Source: Candidatus Altimarinota bacterium
Lineage (GTDB): Bacteria; Patescibacteriota; Gracilibacteria; CAIRYL01
Length of the DNA: 64,000 bases
Assembly (NCBI GenBank): GCA_965250085.1
Contig: OZ252287.1
Location: forward strand, 576,001-640,000
Reading direction: 5' to 3'
Positions 31,758-40,981 of this stretch are shown in pieces. The notes under the pieces are model-generated. The model did no database searches. It worked only from the letters and a program-made list of their open reading frames with translations, and had not been told where the DNA came from. Numbering within the stretch: position 1 is the first letter of the stretch; every line of letters begins with the position of its first letter. A program made the position numbers and the translations under genes.

Positions 31758-32273
31758 ATGAGTGATGAGCACACAGACACAGACCAAGAGCCGGTCGAAG
31801 AGTTGTTCCCGGAACTCAGTGAAAAGGAGCTGCAGCTATTGGCGCTTCTTCTGTTTGATGATCTTTCGCAGGCAGAGTTGGCAAGGCGACTGGAAGCTGC
31901 TGGTCAGACCGGCGATGATCCAAGAGGGGTCAGCCAAGCCACCGTGTCTCGCATGGTCTCCAAGCTGGTGGATCGGTTTGGTCTCCAGAAGCGCTGGACA
32001 GGAGAGTTTTCAGAAAAACACGAAGAGAAGCTCAGAGAGATCTGCGATGGAGTCCTGCGCCATCGAGAGCGTGAGATCTCTTTGGTCGACAAGCTGAAGG
32101 AATTGCAGGAGCCCAAATCAAGACGTCCAGGTTCTCTTCGAGCCGTTCATATTGCTCCTGTGGATGGAGGGGGGAAGAAGGATACGGCATTCAAAGCGGC
32201 TGAAGTAGTCGCTTGGCTGATGAGAAACCAGCCTCAGGTCGTCGGAGTCACTTGGGGCGAGACACCCCAATAA
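31758..32273 (+). pseudogene. Truncated SorC-family sugar-binding transcriptional regulator
   Basis: LSQAELARRL...VSQATVSRMV HTH and VVGVTWGET motif, then stops at 171 aa without the ligand-binding domain. Confidence 0.6.
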
Positions 32274-32342
32274 CACCACGTGGCGCGCCATAAAGAGTTC
32301 CATTTACGCCCAAGAACAGTATGATCAAACAGAGGATACGAT

Positions 32343-33176
32343 TCATAGAACACCTCCGGCCCAAAAGCCGCATGACTCTAAAGTAAGACCGGGCATATAG
32401 AGCCTCATATCCGGAGCCTCTTCCTGAAAGGAACGATATGCGATGGCTCTCGGGTCGGTGTCACGTACGCGGCTGACAATTTCAAACATTGGTGTGGCAG
32501 TACTATCTGGATGCAGGGCCGCTCGAACGCATGCGTCAGCGTTTACCCATTCTTGAGGCGTCGCTTGATGCAGGAGAACTTTCTCTAGCATAGCGGCATA
32601 CCCCAAGAGCGCTTCCCTCTCCAGCGGCTCGGTCCAGTTGAGTTTGATGTAGCGCTCCACATCGTCTCGCACCCCATCCCCATTCGAGTCAACCCCTTCC
32701 AGCGTTGCGTTGTTTAACTCTGGATCTGGCTCTGGAGGCAAACTCTCTTCAAGGGTCGCGACGCCCGTAATTACGAAGGGCAGCGGCTTCGAGAAGACCT
32801 TGGGCTTCTTTGATTTCTTCCCAGCACCTCGACTCTTCGGGCTCGCCTCTCGGATTTTCAACGTCCCATCTTGAATGCCGACGAACGGTGCCGAGAGAAC
32901 GCAGTCGATCGTAACTTCAGTCCCCGCACTCAAGACCGGAAGTTCGTTCGGTGTACAAGCAGTCCACTCATCGAGACTCGGTGTCACTTCGACAATCGTC
33001 TTTGGAAGATGCTCCAGAACATGTAGCGTCAGACGTACCGGCACACGATCACCAACTGCCAAGACGCGATTCACTTCTTTTGGCTCCCAGTCCACATATT
33101 GACTTGCCAGAAGAGGTATTGCCACCAGGGCCAGTGCCGCAAGAGTGAATCCGATTGAGATGATAGTTCTTCGCAT
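32343..33176 (-). CDS. Secreted protein: Ig-like domain plus PDP...GVDSNGDGVRDDVE domain
   Basis: GGAG RBS, signal peptide, DxNxDGxRDD Ca-binding-like motif. Confidence 0.7.
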   Translation of the reverse strand: MRRTIISIGFTLAALALVAIPLLASQYVDWEPKEVNRVLAVGDRVPVRLTLHVLEHLPKTIVEVTPSLDEWTACTPNELPVLSAGTEVTIDCVLSAPFVGIQDGTLKIREASPKSRGAGKKSKKPKVFSKPLPFVITGVATLEESLPPEPDPELNNATLEGVDSNGDGVRDDVERYIKLNWTEPLEREALLGYAAMLEKVLLHQATPQEWVNADACVRAALHPDSTATPMFEIVSRVRDTDPRAIAYRSFQEEAPDMRLYMPGLTLESCGFWAGGVL

Positions 33177-33395
33177 ATTCAGTCTCCTTATTCTCAGGAT
33201 GGACTATATGCTAGCAGAGCACAAATATAGTGTCAACTGAGTCAGCATGCATAAGTATGATTACACATCTATGCTTGCAGCACACACCGACCGCCACGGG
33301 AGTCTTAGCGATGGAAATCACCAGCAATACATGATGCGGAGAAAAACTCCGAAGTTCGCCGACTAGCAGATCGGCTGCGAGAGATGGAAGGAGTC

Positions 33396-34052
33396 TTACT
33401 CCGCTTTCTTGGCTGCCCAGCGCGTTTCAGCTGCCTTTTTCGCAATCTCACTTCTTCTCTTAGGAGTCAAACTGCTTGCGCGAATGCTGCCGCCAAGGCT
33501 TTGAACACTTGAAGATTTCTCATTGACGAGCGAATAGAGACGTCGCCCGATCACGCCAGGGTTTCCATCGTAGCCGCACCAAAACTTCTCCCAGGTACCC
33601 TCGGAGACTCGACCTTCATTACGAGGAGAAAAAAGCTTTTGGGAGCGCACCTCAGCGTATTTCTCATACCGATCGATCGTAACCTTAAACCAAGTAATCG
33701 TATGCTTGGAAAGAGGTTTGTCGATCAGTCGAGCGATCTCATCTGCTGGAGGCTCTCGGCGACTTCGTATGTGGAGCATTCCCAACAGGCTTCGGTCTGC
33801 TTGAGTTAGCTCATTATCTGCATCCAAGACATATCGAACACACTTCTTCCAGCCGTCATAGGTCGCAAGTGAAGCTGGTTTCGTTTCTGCATCAGAAAGC
33901 TCGACTGGTGAATCAGAGTAGAGTAAAACCCAGGTGTCTAGTTGATCGAGAATAGCATCTGCTCGACCAACCAAGTCTTCGAGATGAACGGTAACTTCGT
34001 ACCTGTACTTTCGAAGATTATCCAGCTTTTTGGTGTGTTTGGGCATACTCAT
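33396..34052 (-). CDS. Hypothetical protein with C-terminal GG..RA..L...RR.EIA..AA..RW module
   Basis: Long ORF; start inferred; the basic tail is typical of mobile-element proteins. Confidence 0.6.
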   Translation of the reverse strand: MSMPKHTKKLDNLRKYRYEVTVHLEDLVGRADAILDQLDTWVLLYSDSPVELSDAETKPASLATYDGWKKCVRYVLDADNELTQADRSLLGMLHIRSRREPPADEIARLIDKPLSKHTITWFKVTIDRYEKYAEVRSQKLFSPRNEGRVSEGTWEKFWCGYDGNPGVIGRRLYSLVNEKSSSVQSLGGSIRASSLTPKRRSEIAKKAAETRWAAKKAE

Positions 34053-34799
34053 CCTTCCGATATGTCCGGCGTTCGATAGCAAGATTTCGGCGTTTCCCAA
34101 TCTGGAAATCAGATCCAAATGCCAAAATTTATCGTGCTTTACAACATGGACTTGATCGTGATACCACTGCTTGCTCCCGCGCCCTGCGCAAGATTCCAAT
34201 CAAGTTTAGCATGCTTCTTCTACGGAACATCTTTGACCTTACCGTACAGACACCAAAGGCTTCTACCCACCACTAGTTTCATCGAAGCAAGCATCACCCC
34301 CGCATGCACAACCTGACATTGTGCAAAGAGTTTCCGTCCTTCCGACAAGTCAGGAGAACTCCAACTTTGCACGAATGCTGTGTTGTGCTCAGCGCCCAGA
34401 AAAATTGGAACGCGACTCCGCTAGCCTTCTGCGCGAAGACGCCAGAAGGTCAATATTATCTACCGCCATCCTCCCCGCCACCAACCATCAGCCTCGGCTG
34501 ACAGGTCTTCCACGGTTGACAAGTCTCTCTCGGCTACCAGCCTCTTCACCGACTCTTCCTTCGTGCGCTTCTTCCTGAATTCCTGCAGTCTTCATGAGTT
34601 CCTTTTCTGGTGCACCTTCAAAAGAAAAATTAGAGAACGCGAAGAATCTGGAAGTCACTTGTTTCTAAAGCTTTAGAGCTTCAGGATCTACCCGCTCACC
34701 CCACCCGCTTCCCATATCCGAGTGACGGACACTGCATACGGGTACCCCATGCGGATACCAGAAGAAACACTTCACTCTCCAAACTCCAGACTCCCTCCC

Positions 34800-35987
34800 T
34801 CACCTCTGATGAAGAGCAGCCAATAATTCATCACCGACGAGATCGACCGCACGCCTTACCGGATCATTCGCTAAGTGTGCATATCGAGCCGTGGTTGATG
34901 CTTGTGTATGTCCCAGCATTTTTCCAATAAGTGGAAGTGATAATCCAGCACCAGCTCCGAAGCTGGCATAGGTATGCCGCAAATCATGCAGCCGGACATC
35001 TGCGAGATTCGCTCTCTTCCGGATACGCCCCCAGGGCTTCGAGAGATTCACCAGATGCTGACCTTCTCTGGCTCCCGCAATCACATACGGGTTTCCTTTA
35101 ACACATTCCATCTTCTCCAGAACTGAGAAAACTCCTTCACTGACCACGACTATTCGTTTCCCTGTTTTACTGTCCGGTAAATAGAAACACCGATTGACCT
35201 CATCGATATCTTCCCAACGAAGACGCAGAATCTCATTGAGACGACAGCCGGTGAGAAGGAGGAGACGCAGAGCGGGGACAACACCAGGAAGCTCGGTGGC
35301 TTCCCGTTCCACTTCATCCAGCACGGCACCCAATCGTTTGAGTTCCTCCACGCTCAGAAATCGTTCCCGCTTTTCTTCCGTATATTTCTGGATATGCCGG
35401 CACGGATTTGTACTGTCCTGACGCCAACCCCAAACCTCTGCCAAGTGAAGAGATTTTGAGAGAAGGGCAAGTGTTCTGTTGGCCGCGTAGGGCGTGTCCT
35501 TCATGCCTGTATGCAGACGATCAATATCTTCTCGCGTAATGGCAGACACTTTCCGGCTTCCGAGACGCGGCAATATATGTAGTTCCCACATTCGCTCATC
35601 TGTTTTCGCACTACTCGCTTTTTTCTTCGGCGCATGATCGGACAGATACCGCTTCGCCAAATCCGACATTGTTGGAGACTTCAGCAAATCCATTCGCTCA
35701 CGACTCGGATCTCTTCCGTCCGTTACTTTCCCCAGAACCTTGCGGGCTTTTTTGCGGGCTTCGTCCAGCGTGAGAACTCCGTATTTGCCGAGCACCATGA
35801 TCCGTTTGCGACCCTGAACCCGGTACGACACCACAAACGATTTCTTCCCGCTTCGATAAATCCTCACACCAAAACCGGGCATAGCGTCATCCCATCGGTA
35901 ATCCGGTGTGTTGTTGTTCGAGGAAGCAGAAGAAACAGATGATGGCGAATACGTCATCGCATCAATGGCTCGCTTTGTCAGCTTCAT
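34800..35987 (-). CDS. Tyrosine recombinase/integrase with N-terminal arm-binding domain
   Basis: WDDAMPGFGVRI arm domain; TGCRLNE, DSKTG, HDLRHT, LGH, TARY catalytic residues intact; purine-rich RBS. Confidence 0.93.
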   Translation of the reverse strand: MKLTKRAIDAMTYSPSSVSSASSNNNTPDYRWDDAMPGFGVRIYRSGKKSFVVSYRVQGRKRIMVLGKYGVLTLDEARKKARKVLGKVTDGRDPSRERMDLLKSPTMSDLAKRYLSDHAPKKKASSAKTDERMWELHILPRLGSRKVSAITREDIDRLHTGMKDTPYAANRTLALLSKSLHLAEVWGWRQDSTNPCRHIQKYTEEKRERFLSVEELKRLGAVLDEVEREATELPGVVPALRLLLLTGCRLNEILRLRWEDIDEVNRCFYLPDSKTGKRIVVVSEGVFSVLEKMECVKGNPYVIAGAREGQHLVNLSKPWGRIRKRANLADVRLHDLRHTYASFGAGAGLSLPLIGKMLGHTQASTTARYAHLANDPVRRAVDLVGDELLAALHQR

Positions 35988-36030
35988 TTCCTTCCTCTCT
36001 TCTCCACGCTTTGATCCGAGTTCTGGCAAA

Positions 36031-36303
36031 AAGTAACCACTGAGTAACCACGAGGAATGATCTCACAGCGTTTTCTATCGTAGCATGTGATTTCACTAAG
36101 GACCGATAACACCTTGTTTTATTGAGAGTTATCGCACCGTATCGTATCAAATCGAAGAAAGAAGAATAGGGAAATACCTGATTCGTAATCAATAGGTCAG
36201 CGGTTCAAATCCGCTCGTCGGCTCCATTTTTCTTCTTTAGAATCAAGATCTTATAAAATATCTCCAAAAGATAGGAAAGAGTGAAGTAACCACTGAGTAA
36301 CCA
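36031..36303 (+). other. attP-like site: 20-bp arm repeats flanking a tRNA-Thr(CGT) 3'-half core, with IHF-like boxes
   Basis: AAGTAACCACTGAGTAACCA at 36031-36050 and 36284-36303; TGATTCGTAATCAATAGGTCAGCGGTTCAAATCCGCTCGTCGGCTCCA at 36179-36226; AATCAAGATCTTA (WATCAANNNNTTR) at 36241. Confidence 0.8.
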
Positions 36304-36636
36304 TTCTCCATGGACTTCCATGGTACTCAAGCGTAGTCTGGAGAACGTCCTCGGTCTTCCCGCTGCCGGTCTACAAACCAGATTCAGGCGGCCGGTTTCT
36401 CTCCTCGCAGCACGATTTCCCATCGCCGCAACTCCTCGGCTACCGGGTTTAGCTGCGACGTTACAAGGTCCACCATTCGACTCGTTACTGCTTCGCAGTA
36501 ACTCTCTCACGGCAAGGTACTCCTTTGCCATCAAATTGAAGAGTCGAATGACTCTGAGTGAGCCCAGCGAATCGAAGAGCCACATTTGAATTCGAGATGA
36601 TCTCGATCAAAGATCGAGAAAATCCGAAGATACTGT

Positions 36637-36671
36637 GTCCCGCCTATGAGCGAAGCGGATAGTGGCGGGAC
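36637..36671. repeat. REP-like hairpin upstream of the GIY-YIG gene
   Basis: GTCCCGCC...GAGCGAAGCG...GGCGGGAC. Confidence 0.55.
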
Positions 36672-36693
36672 TAAATTCTTTCTTTGTATCCTT

Positions 36694-36957
36694 ATGTACT
36701 ACACCTACCTCGCTCGTTGTTCAGATGATACCCTCTATACGGGATATTCTCGTGATGTTTGGAAACGAGAAGCTCGTCATAATGCGGGAGAAGGTGCTGC
36801 ATATACTAGGTCACGGTTACCGGTTGAAGTTGTCTATTGTGAATCCTTTCCTTCACGAAGTGAAGCAATGAAACGAGAATTCCAAATAAAAAAATGGACG
36901 CGTGCGGAGAAGGAGAACCTCGTAAAATCTGGATGCCCAAGTAAAAGACCTTCTTGA
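36694..36957 (+). CDS. Small GIY-YIG nuclease (YhbQ/UPF0213-like)
   Basis: YTYLARCSDDTLYTGYS, RHNAGEGAAYT, EAMKREFQIKK. Confidence 0.9.
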   Translation: MYYTYLARCSDDTLYTGYSRDVWKREARHNAGEGAAYTRSRLPVEVVYCESFPSRSEAMKREFQIKKWTRAEKENLVKSGCPSKRPS

Positions 36958-37082
36958 TTACAAATGTTCTTTCCAGCAACTTGAGCTCGACTCCTTTGAC
37001 AAGAAAATAAAATAATAATACCCTCAGTGCTGGGAAATATCTCAACGTAACTTTTAAATTTTAAAACATTATATAAACGCCC

Positions 37083-37445
37083 ATGAGTACAAAAAAGGAC
37101 ACAATAATTTACTACCTCGCCACAGGCCTCATAACCGCACTCATGCTCATGTCCGCAGGGATGTATATATTAAATAATGGAATGGTACGCGAAGCTTTTA
37201 CCGCATTAGGATATCCAATATATATTATTTATCCCTTGGCAACCGCTAAAATTTTGGGACTGATAGCCATCTGGACAAAAAAATCAAAACTTTTGAAGGA
37301 ATGGGCATATGCTGGATTTTTCTTTACCTTGGCTCTTGCCGTATCAGCCCATCTCGTTGTAAATGATGGAGGATTTGCACCTGCTCTCGTGGGGATTATC
37401 TTACTATTGGTATCATATGTATATGACAAGAAGATATATAAATAA
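37083..37445 (+). CDS. DoxX-like membrane protein
   Basis: LGYPIY, AKILG, LKEWAYAGFFF, AVSAH. Confidence 0.85.
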   Translation: MSTKKDTIIYYLATGLITALMLMSAGMYILNNGMVREAFTALGYPIYIIYPLATAKILGLIAIWTKKSKLLKEWAYAGFFFTLALAVSAHLVVNDGGFAPALVGIILLLVSYVYDKKIYK

Positions 37446-37493
37446 CAACTAACGAATTTCTTAATTTATAATTTAAAATCTATAATTTTTATA

Positions 37494-38114
37494 GTGTTTT
37501 TTCAACAGCTCCAACTCGGCCCCATGCAAAACTTTTGCTATCTCTTGGGATGCGCAGAGACCAAAGAATGTGCTGTCATCGACTGTGGATTTGAGCATGA
37601 AAAGCTTCTTCAGAAAGCAACAAGCAATGGATACAAGATTACCAAAATATTTCTTACCCATTTTCATTACGACCATTCTGCAGAAACGGAAGCACTTGCA
37701 GAACAAACTGGTGCAAAAATATTCGGCCACGAGAGTGCGGAAGGAAAAAGTGAAATGGGAGGACTTTTTGTGATCCCAGAGAAAATTGCTTTTTTGAGAG
37801 ATGACCAGGAGATCAGTATTGGTAACATACAAGGAGTGGCATTACACACACCAGGTCACGAAAGTAGCCATATGGTCTATATTTTTGACGATATGTATTT
37901 TTTTACTGGAGATTGTCTGTTTATTGGCAAAAGTGGACGTACTGACCTTCCTGATTCCAATCCAGAAGATATGCAGAAGTCATTAGAGCGTATCAAAAAC
38001 CTCCCTGATGAACTAATTGTCTATCCGGGCCACGATTATGGCGAAGTTCCCTTTCGCACACTTGGAGAGGAAAAAGAGCTTAACCCGTATTTAAAAGGAG
38101 AGATGAGAAGGTAA
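37494..38114 (+). CDS. MBL-fold metallo-hydrolase (glyoxalase II-like)
   Basis: THFHYDH, HTPGH, FTGDCLF, VYPGHDYG. Confidence 0.9.
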   Translation: MFFQQLQLGPMQNFCYLLGCAETKECAVIDCGFEHEKLLQKATSNGYKITKIFLTHFHYDHSAETEALAEQTGAKIFGHESAEGKSEMGGLFVIPEKIAFLRDDQEISIGNIQGVALHTPGHESSHMVYIFDDMYFFTGDCLFIGKSGRTDLPDSNPEDMQKSLERIKNLPDELIVYPGHDYGEVPFRTLGEEKELNPYLKGEMRR

Positions 38115-38145
38115 TGACGAATTTCTCAATTACGAGTTACGAATG

Positions 38146-38258
38146 ATCCCCCCTTTGAAAAAGGGGGTTAGGGGGATTTGTTTTTCTAATTAAGCACGCG
38201 TTGCACTTGTCCGCTTGTCTGCCGTAGGCATGGCTTGTGGTGAAAATGTGCGCTAGTG
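38146..38258. repeat. REP-like palindrome cluster 1
   Basis: CCCCCTTTGAAAAAGGGGGTTAGGGGGATT followed by AGCACGCG...GTGCGCTAG. Confidence 0.55.
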
Positions 38259-38276
38259 TGGGATAGAATCGTCCAT

Positions 38277-38966
38277 TTATTTGGCAAATGGATCTATGAT
38301 CTCATCAATAGAGGTGACTGTAGTATTACTCATAATTTTGTTTACTAACACTTCAATGTCTTGAATTAGTTCGAGCAATAAATCCCATGTACCAAAGTCA
38401 ATCGCATTTCCAATTACAAATGAATATTCTTCACCCTTGTAAGACAATTTATAATTTTTATTGGATTTATGAAAATAAACACCATTATTGTGAAGAGAAT
38501 TTCGTATTAGCCTTAGTAAATCCAAAAGAACAGGAAAATCATATTTTTTTGATAGTTTTAACTTATTAAAAAGATGATCATATATATTCTTGAAATCAGC
38601 TGTGCCCTTTGAGCAAGCATTAGGATCAAGAGTCTTGAGAAGGAGCCGGAATGAGCTTTCCACAGAACTAAATATAAATTGGAGCAATCCAAGTTTAAGA
38701 AACATATCATACTCATTTGCATATATTTTTCTATCAGCTATGGATATTGATTCTTTTGCAGTTTTCTCCCACCAAGTATTATTTAGTAAACATTGATTAA
38801 TAAAACTTGAACCTAATAAAGCGCTGTTCAAGACGTTGATTATCTTAGAAAAGGCTGTAACCCTTACATCATTTTTATTATATTTTGCACTAGAAGTTAC
38901 TTTCAGTGTGCTGAATGAATCTCTTATTTCCTGAATTTTTTGAATTCTTTTTATAATCATTATCAT
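38277..38966 (-). CDS. Hypothetical AT-rich protein, possibly HEPN-like
   Basis: 229-aa helical ORF with RLIRNSLHNNG. Confidence 0.6.
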   Translation of the reverse strand: MIMIIKRIQKIQEIRDSFSTLKVTSSAKYNKNDVRVTAFSKIINVLNSALLGSSFINQCLLNNTWWEKTAKESISIADRKIYANEYDMFLKLGLLQFIFSSVESSFRLLLKTLDPNACSKGTADFKNIYDHLFNKLKLSKKYDFPVLLDLLRLIRNSLHNNGVYFHKSNKNYKLSYKGEEYSFVIGNAIDFGTWDLLLELIQDIEVLVNKIMSNTTVTSIDEIIDPFAK

Positions 38967-39014
38967 TCTGTGGATCAGTATAAAAAAATTTGAGGTGAAT
39001 CTTAGGAATCATCA

Positions 39015-40799
39015 TCATTTTACCGTAACACTCTTCGCCAAATTCCTCGGCATATCCGGATCAATGCCACGAGCAACAGCAAGCGAATACGCAAAGAGCT
39101 GAATGGGGATGAGATTGACGATTGGCGATGCCACTCCGCTCTCCGGCGCATACATCCACTCATCAAACACATCTTCATTTTCTGGCCCAATGCCAATGAT
39201 CTTGGCTCCACGGGCTTTGAGCTCCATAGCATTAGAAATCGTTTCCTTTCTGGATTCTTCATCCCCAATCAGCACCAAACACGGAGTCCCCTTTTGAATA
39301 AGGGCAATAGGTCCATGCTTGAGCTCCCCCCCTGCAAAACCTTCGGCATGGATGTAGGAAACCTCTTGTATCTTAATCGCCGCCTCCAGTGCCAGTGGAT
39401 AGTTGGCTCCACGACCAATAATAAACAGATCATTGGTGTACTGAAATTTTTGTGCAATTTCTTCAATATGTTCCAGATATCGGGGATTGAGGAGATCATT
39501 GATCTTAGAAGCCGTCTCCGCCAGCAGTGTTTTTCCTTCTGTGATGTTTCCGGCACAGCAGTATGCGAGCAAAAGCAAAAGTGAAATCTGACTGGTCGCC
39601 GCCTTGGTAGAGGCTACTGCTTTTTCTGGTCCAGCCTTAATAAGAAATGAATAGTCACTCATGCGCGCAATAGAAGATCCCTGCACATTAATAAGTGCAG
39701 CGATCGTAGAATTTGCCTCCTGTCCCACTTCCAGTGCTTCCAGCACATCTGCGGTCTCTCCACTTTGAGAAATAGCAAAGACCAGTGTTTCTGGCTTGAG
39801 AAAATGGTGAAAAAGGCTAAATTCACTCGCTGGTGCAAAATTGACATGACGTTTGGCGATGCTCGCAAAAAAATACTCGCCAATCTGTGCCACTTTACCA
39901 GCCGTCCCACATCCGATAAGAAACACTCCGTTCGCCTTGAGGATCAAGTCCGCAAACTGACAAATCTCTTTTTCATCTTGATTGATCGCTCTGAGGATAC
40001 TGTCCTTTTGATCAAAAATTTCCTTGAGCATAAAATGCTCAAACTCCCCTTTTTCGGCATCTTCGCTCTGCCAGTCTATCGTCACCAGTCTCTTTTGCAC
40101 CTCCTTTCCAGAAGACAAAGAAAAGAATGTCGCTCCCTCGGCAGTGATTTCTACCATTTCACCATCATCCAAATAGTTGACCGTATTGGTAGATTCCAGA
40201 AATGCGGGGATATCAGAAGCGATAAATGTTTCCTGGTCTCCAATGCCAACAATAAGCGGTGCACCACGACGTACCGCAGTAATGCTGTGAGTTTCGAGTT
40301 CAAAAAGGACAAAAGCAAAACGACCTTCAAATTGCTTTGCAGCTTTGCGAGCGGCATCATGCAGAGATGCTCCTTCTTTGCGAAGTACGGCAATCAGTTG
40401 GACACAGACCTCTGTATCCGTTTCAGTGAGAAATTTGATCCCTTTGGCTTCCAGTTCTTTTTTGACTTCAGCAAAATTTTCAAAGATCCCATTATGTACC
40501 AGTGCTATTTTTTGCTCTGTATCCCAATGTGGATGTGCGTTTTCATTGGTCACTCCTCCATGCGTTGCCCATCTGGAATGCCCAATCGCTAAGTTGGCTG
40601 GAGGCAAGTGTCCCACTCCTTCCGATTCAGAAATCTTCCCCACCTGTTTGTGCACGTGCAGAGCAATTTTTCCTTCTTTCTCGCCAGGTATTGCTACTCC
40701 CCATGAATCATATCCCCGATATTCAAGTTTCTTGAGACCTTCTACTACTACTTCTGCTGCGGTGTTTTTTTTTCCTATATATCCAAATATTCCGCACAT
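39015..40799 (-). CDS. glmS: Glutamine-fructose-6-phosphate aminotransferase
   Basis: MCGIFG, LEYRGYDS, HSRWATHG, ELKHGP, PRNLAKSVTV. Confidence 0.97.
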   Translation of the reverse strand: MCGIFGYIGKKNTAAEVVVEGLKKLEYRGYDSWGVAIPGEKEGKIALHVHKQVGKISESEGVGHLPPANLAIGHSRWATHGGVTNENAHPHWDTEQKIALVHNGIFENFAEVKKELEAKGIKFLTETDTEVCVQLIAVLRKEGASLHDAARKAAKQFEGRFAFVLFELETHSITAVRRGAPLIVGIGDQETFIASDIPAFLESTNTVNYLDDGEMVEITAEGATFFSLSSGKEVQKRLVTIDWQSEDAEKGEFEHFMLKEIFDQKDSILRAINQDEKEICQFADLILKANGVFLIGCGTAGKVAQIGEYFFASIAKRHVNFAPASEFSLFHHFLKPETLVFAISQSGETADVLEALEVGQEANSTIAALINVQGSSIARMSDYSFLIKAGPEKAVASTKAATSQISLLLLLAYCCAGNITEGKTLLAETASKINDLLNPRYLEHIEEIAQKFQYTNDLFIIGRGANYPLALEAAIKIQEVSYIHAEGFAGGELKHGPIALIQKGTPCLVLIGDEESRKETISNAMELKARGAKIIGIGPENEDVFDEWMYAPESGVASPIVNLIPIQLFAYSLAVARGIDPDMPRNLAKSVTVK

Positions 40800-40981
40800 A
40801 AAAATTGTTTTCTAAAATGCATAAAGTTTTGCAAGTCTTTCTCTATATAAAAAAAGCTCCATGCTCCCCGACTCCCTTTTCCGAACTCTGGTAGTATGCG
40901 GGAAAAAGGAAGGATTTTAAAGTTTTTTATACAAAAACGAAAGATGTTGCTCCTCGGTTCCTTTTACGACATTATTTCTCA

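Larger units (their letters stand above)
27166..36630. mobile_element. GC-rich composite genomic island at tRNA-Ala (right boundary approximate)
   Basis: Abrupt compositional shift after the tRNA; serine recombinase at the left end, tyrosine integrase plus attP at the right end. Confidence 0.8.

Noticed and set aside
36179-36226. Complete tRNA-Thr gene
   Set aside because: Only the anticodon loop to CCA is present, with no D-arm or 5' acceptor strand; treated as an att core.
38967-39014. Tn7 insertion at attTn7 downstream of glmS
   Set aside because: No TGT-starting Tn7 end at the expected distance and no tns genes.
39765-40592. 275-aa ORF antisense to glmS, and similar shadow ORFs over dnaJ, ftsH, serS and carB
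   Set aside because: They fully overlap well-supported genes on the opposite strand and have no motifs.
40800-40981. glmS ribozyme or preQ1 riboswitch
   Set aside because: The conserved ribozyme core is not seen; ATAAAAAACT lacks the preceding preQ1 stem.
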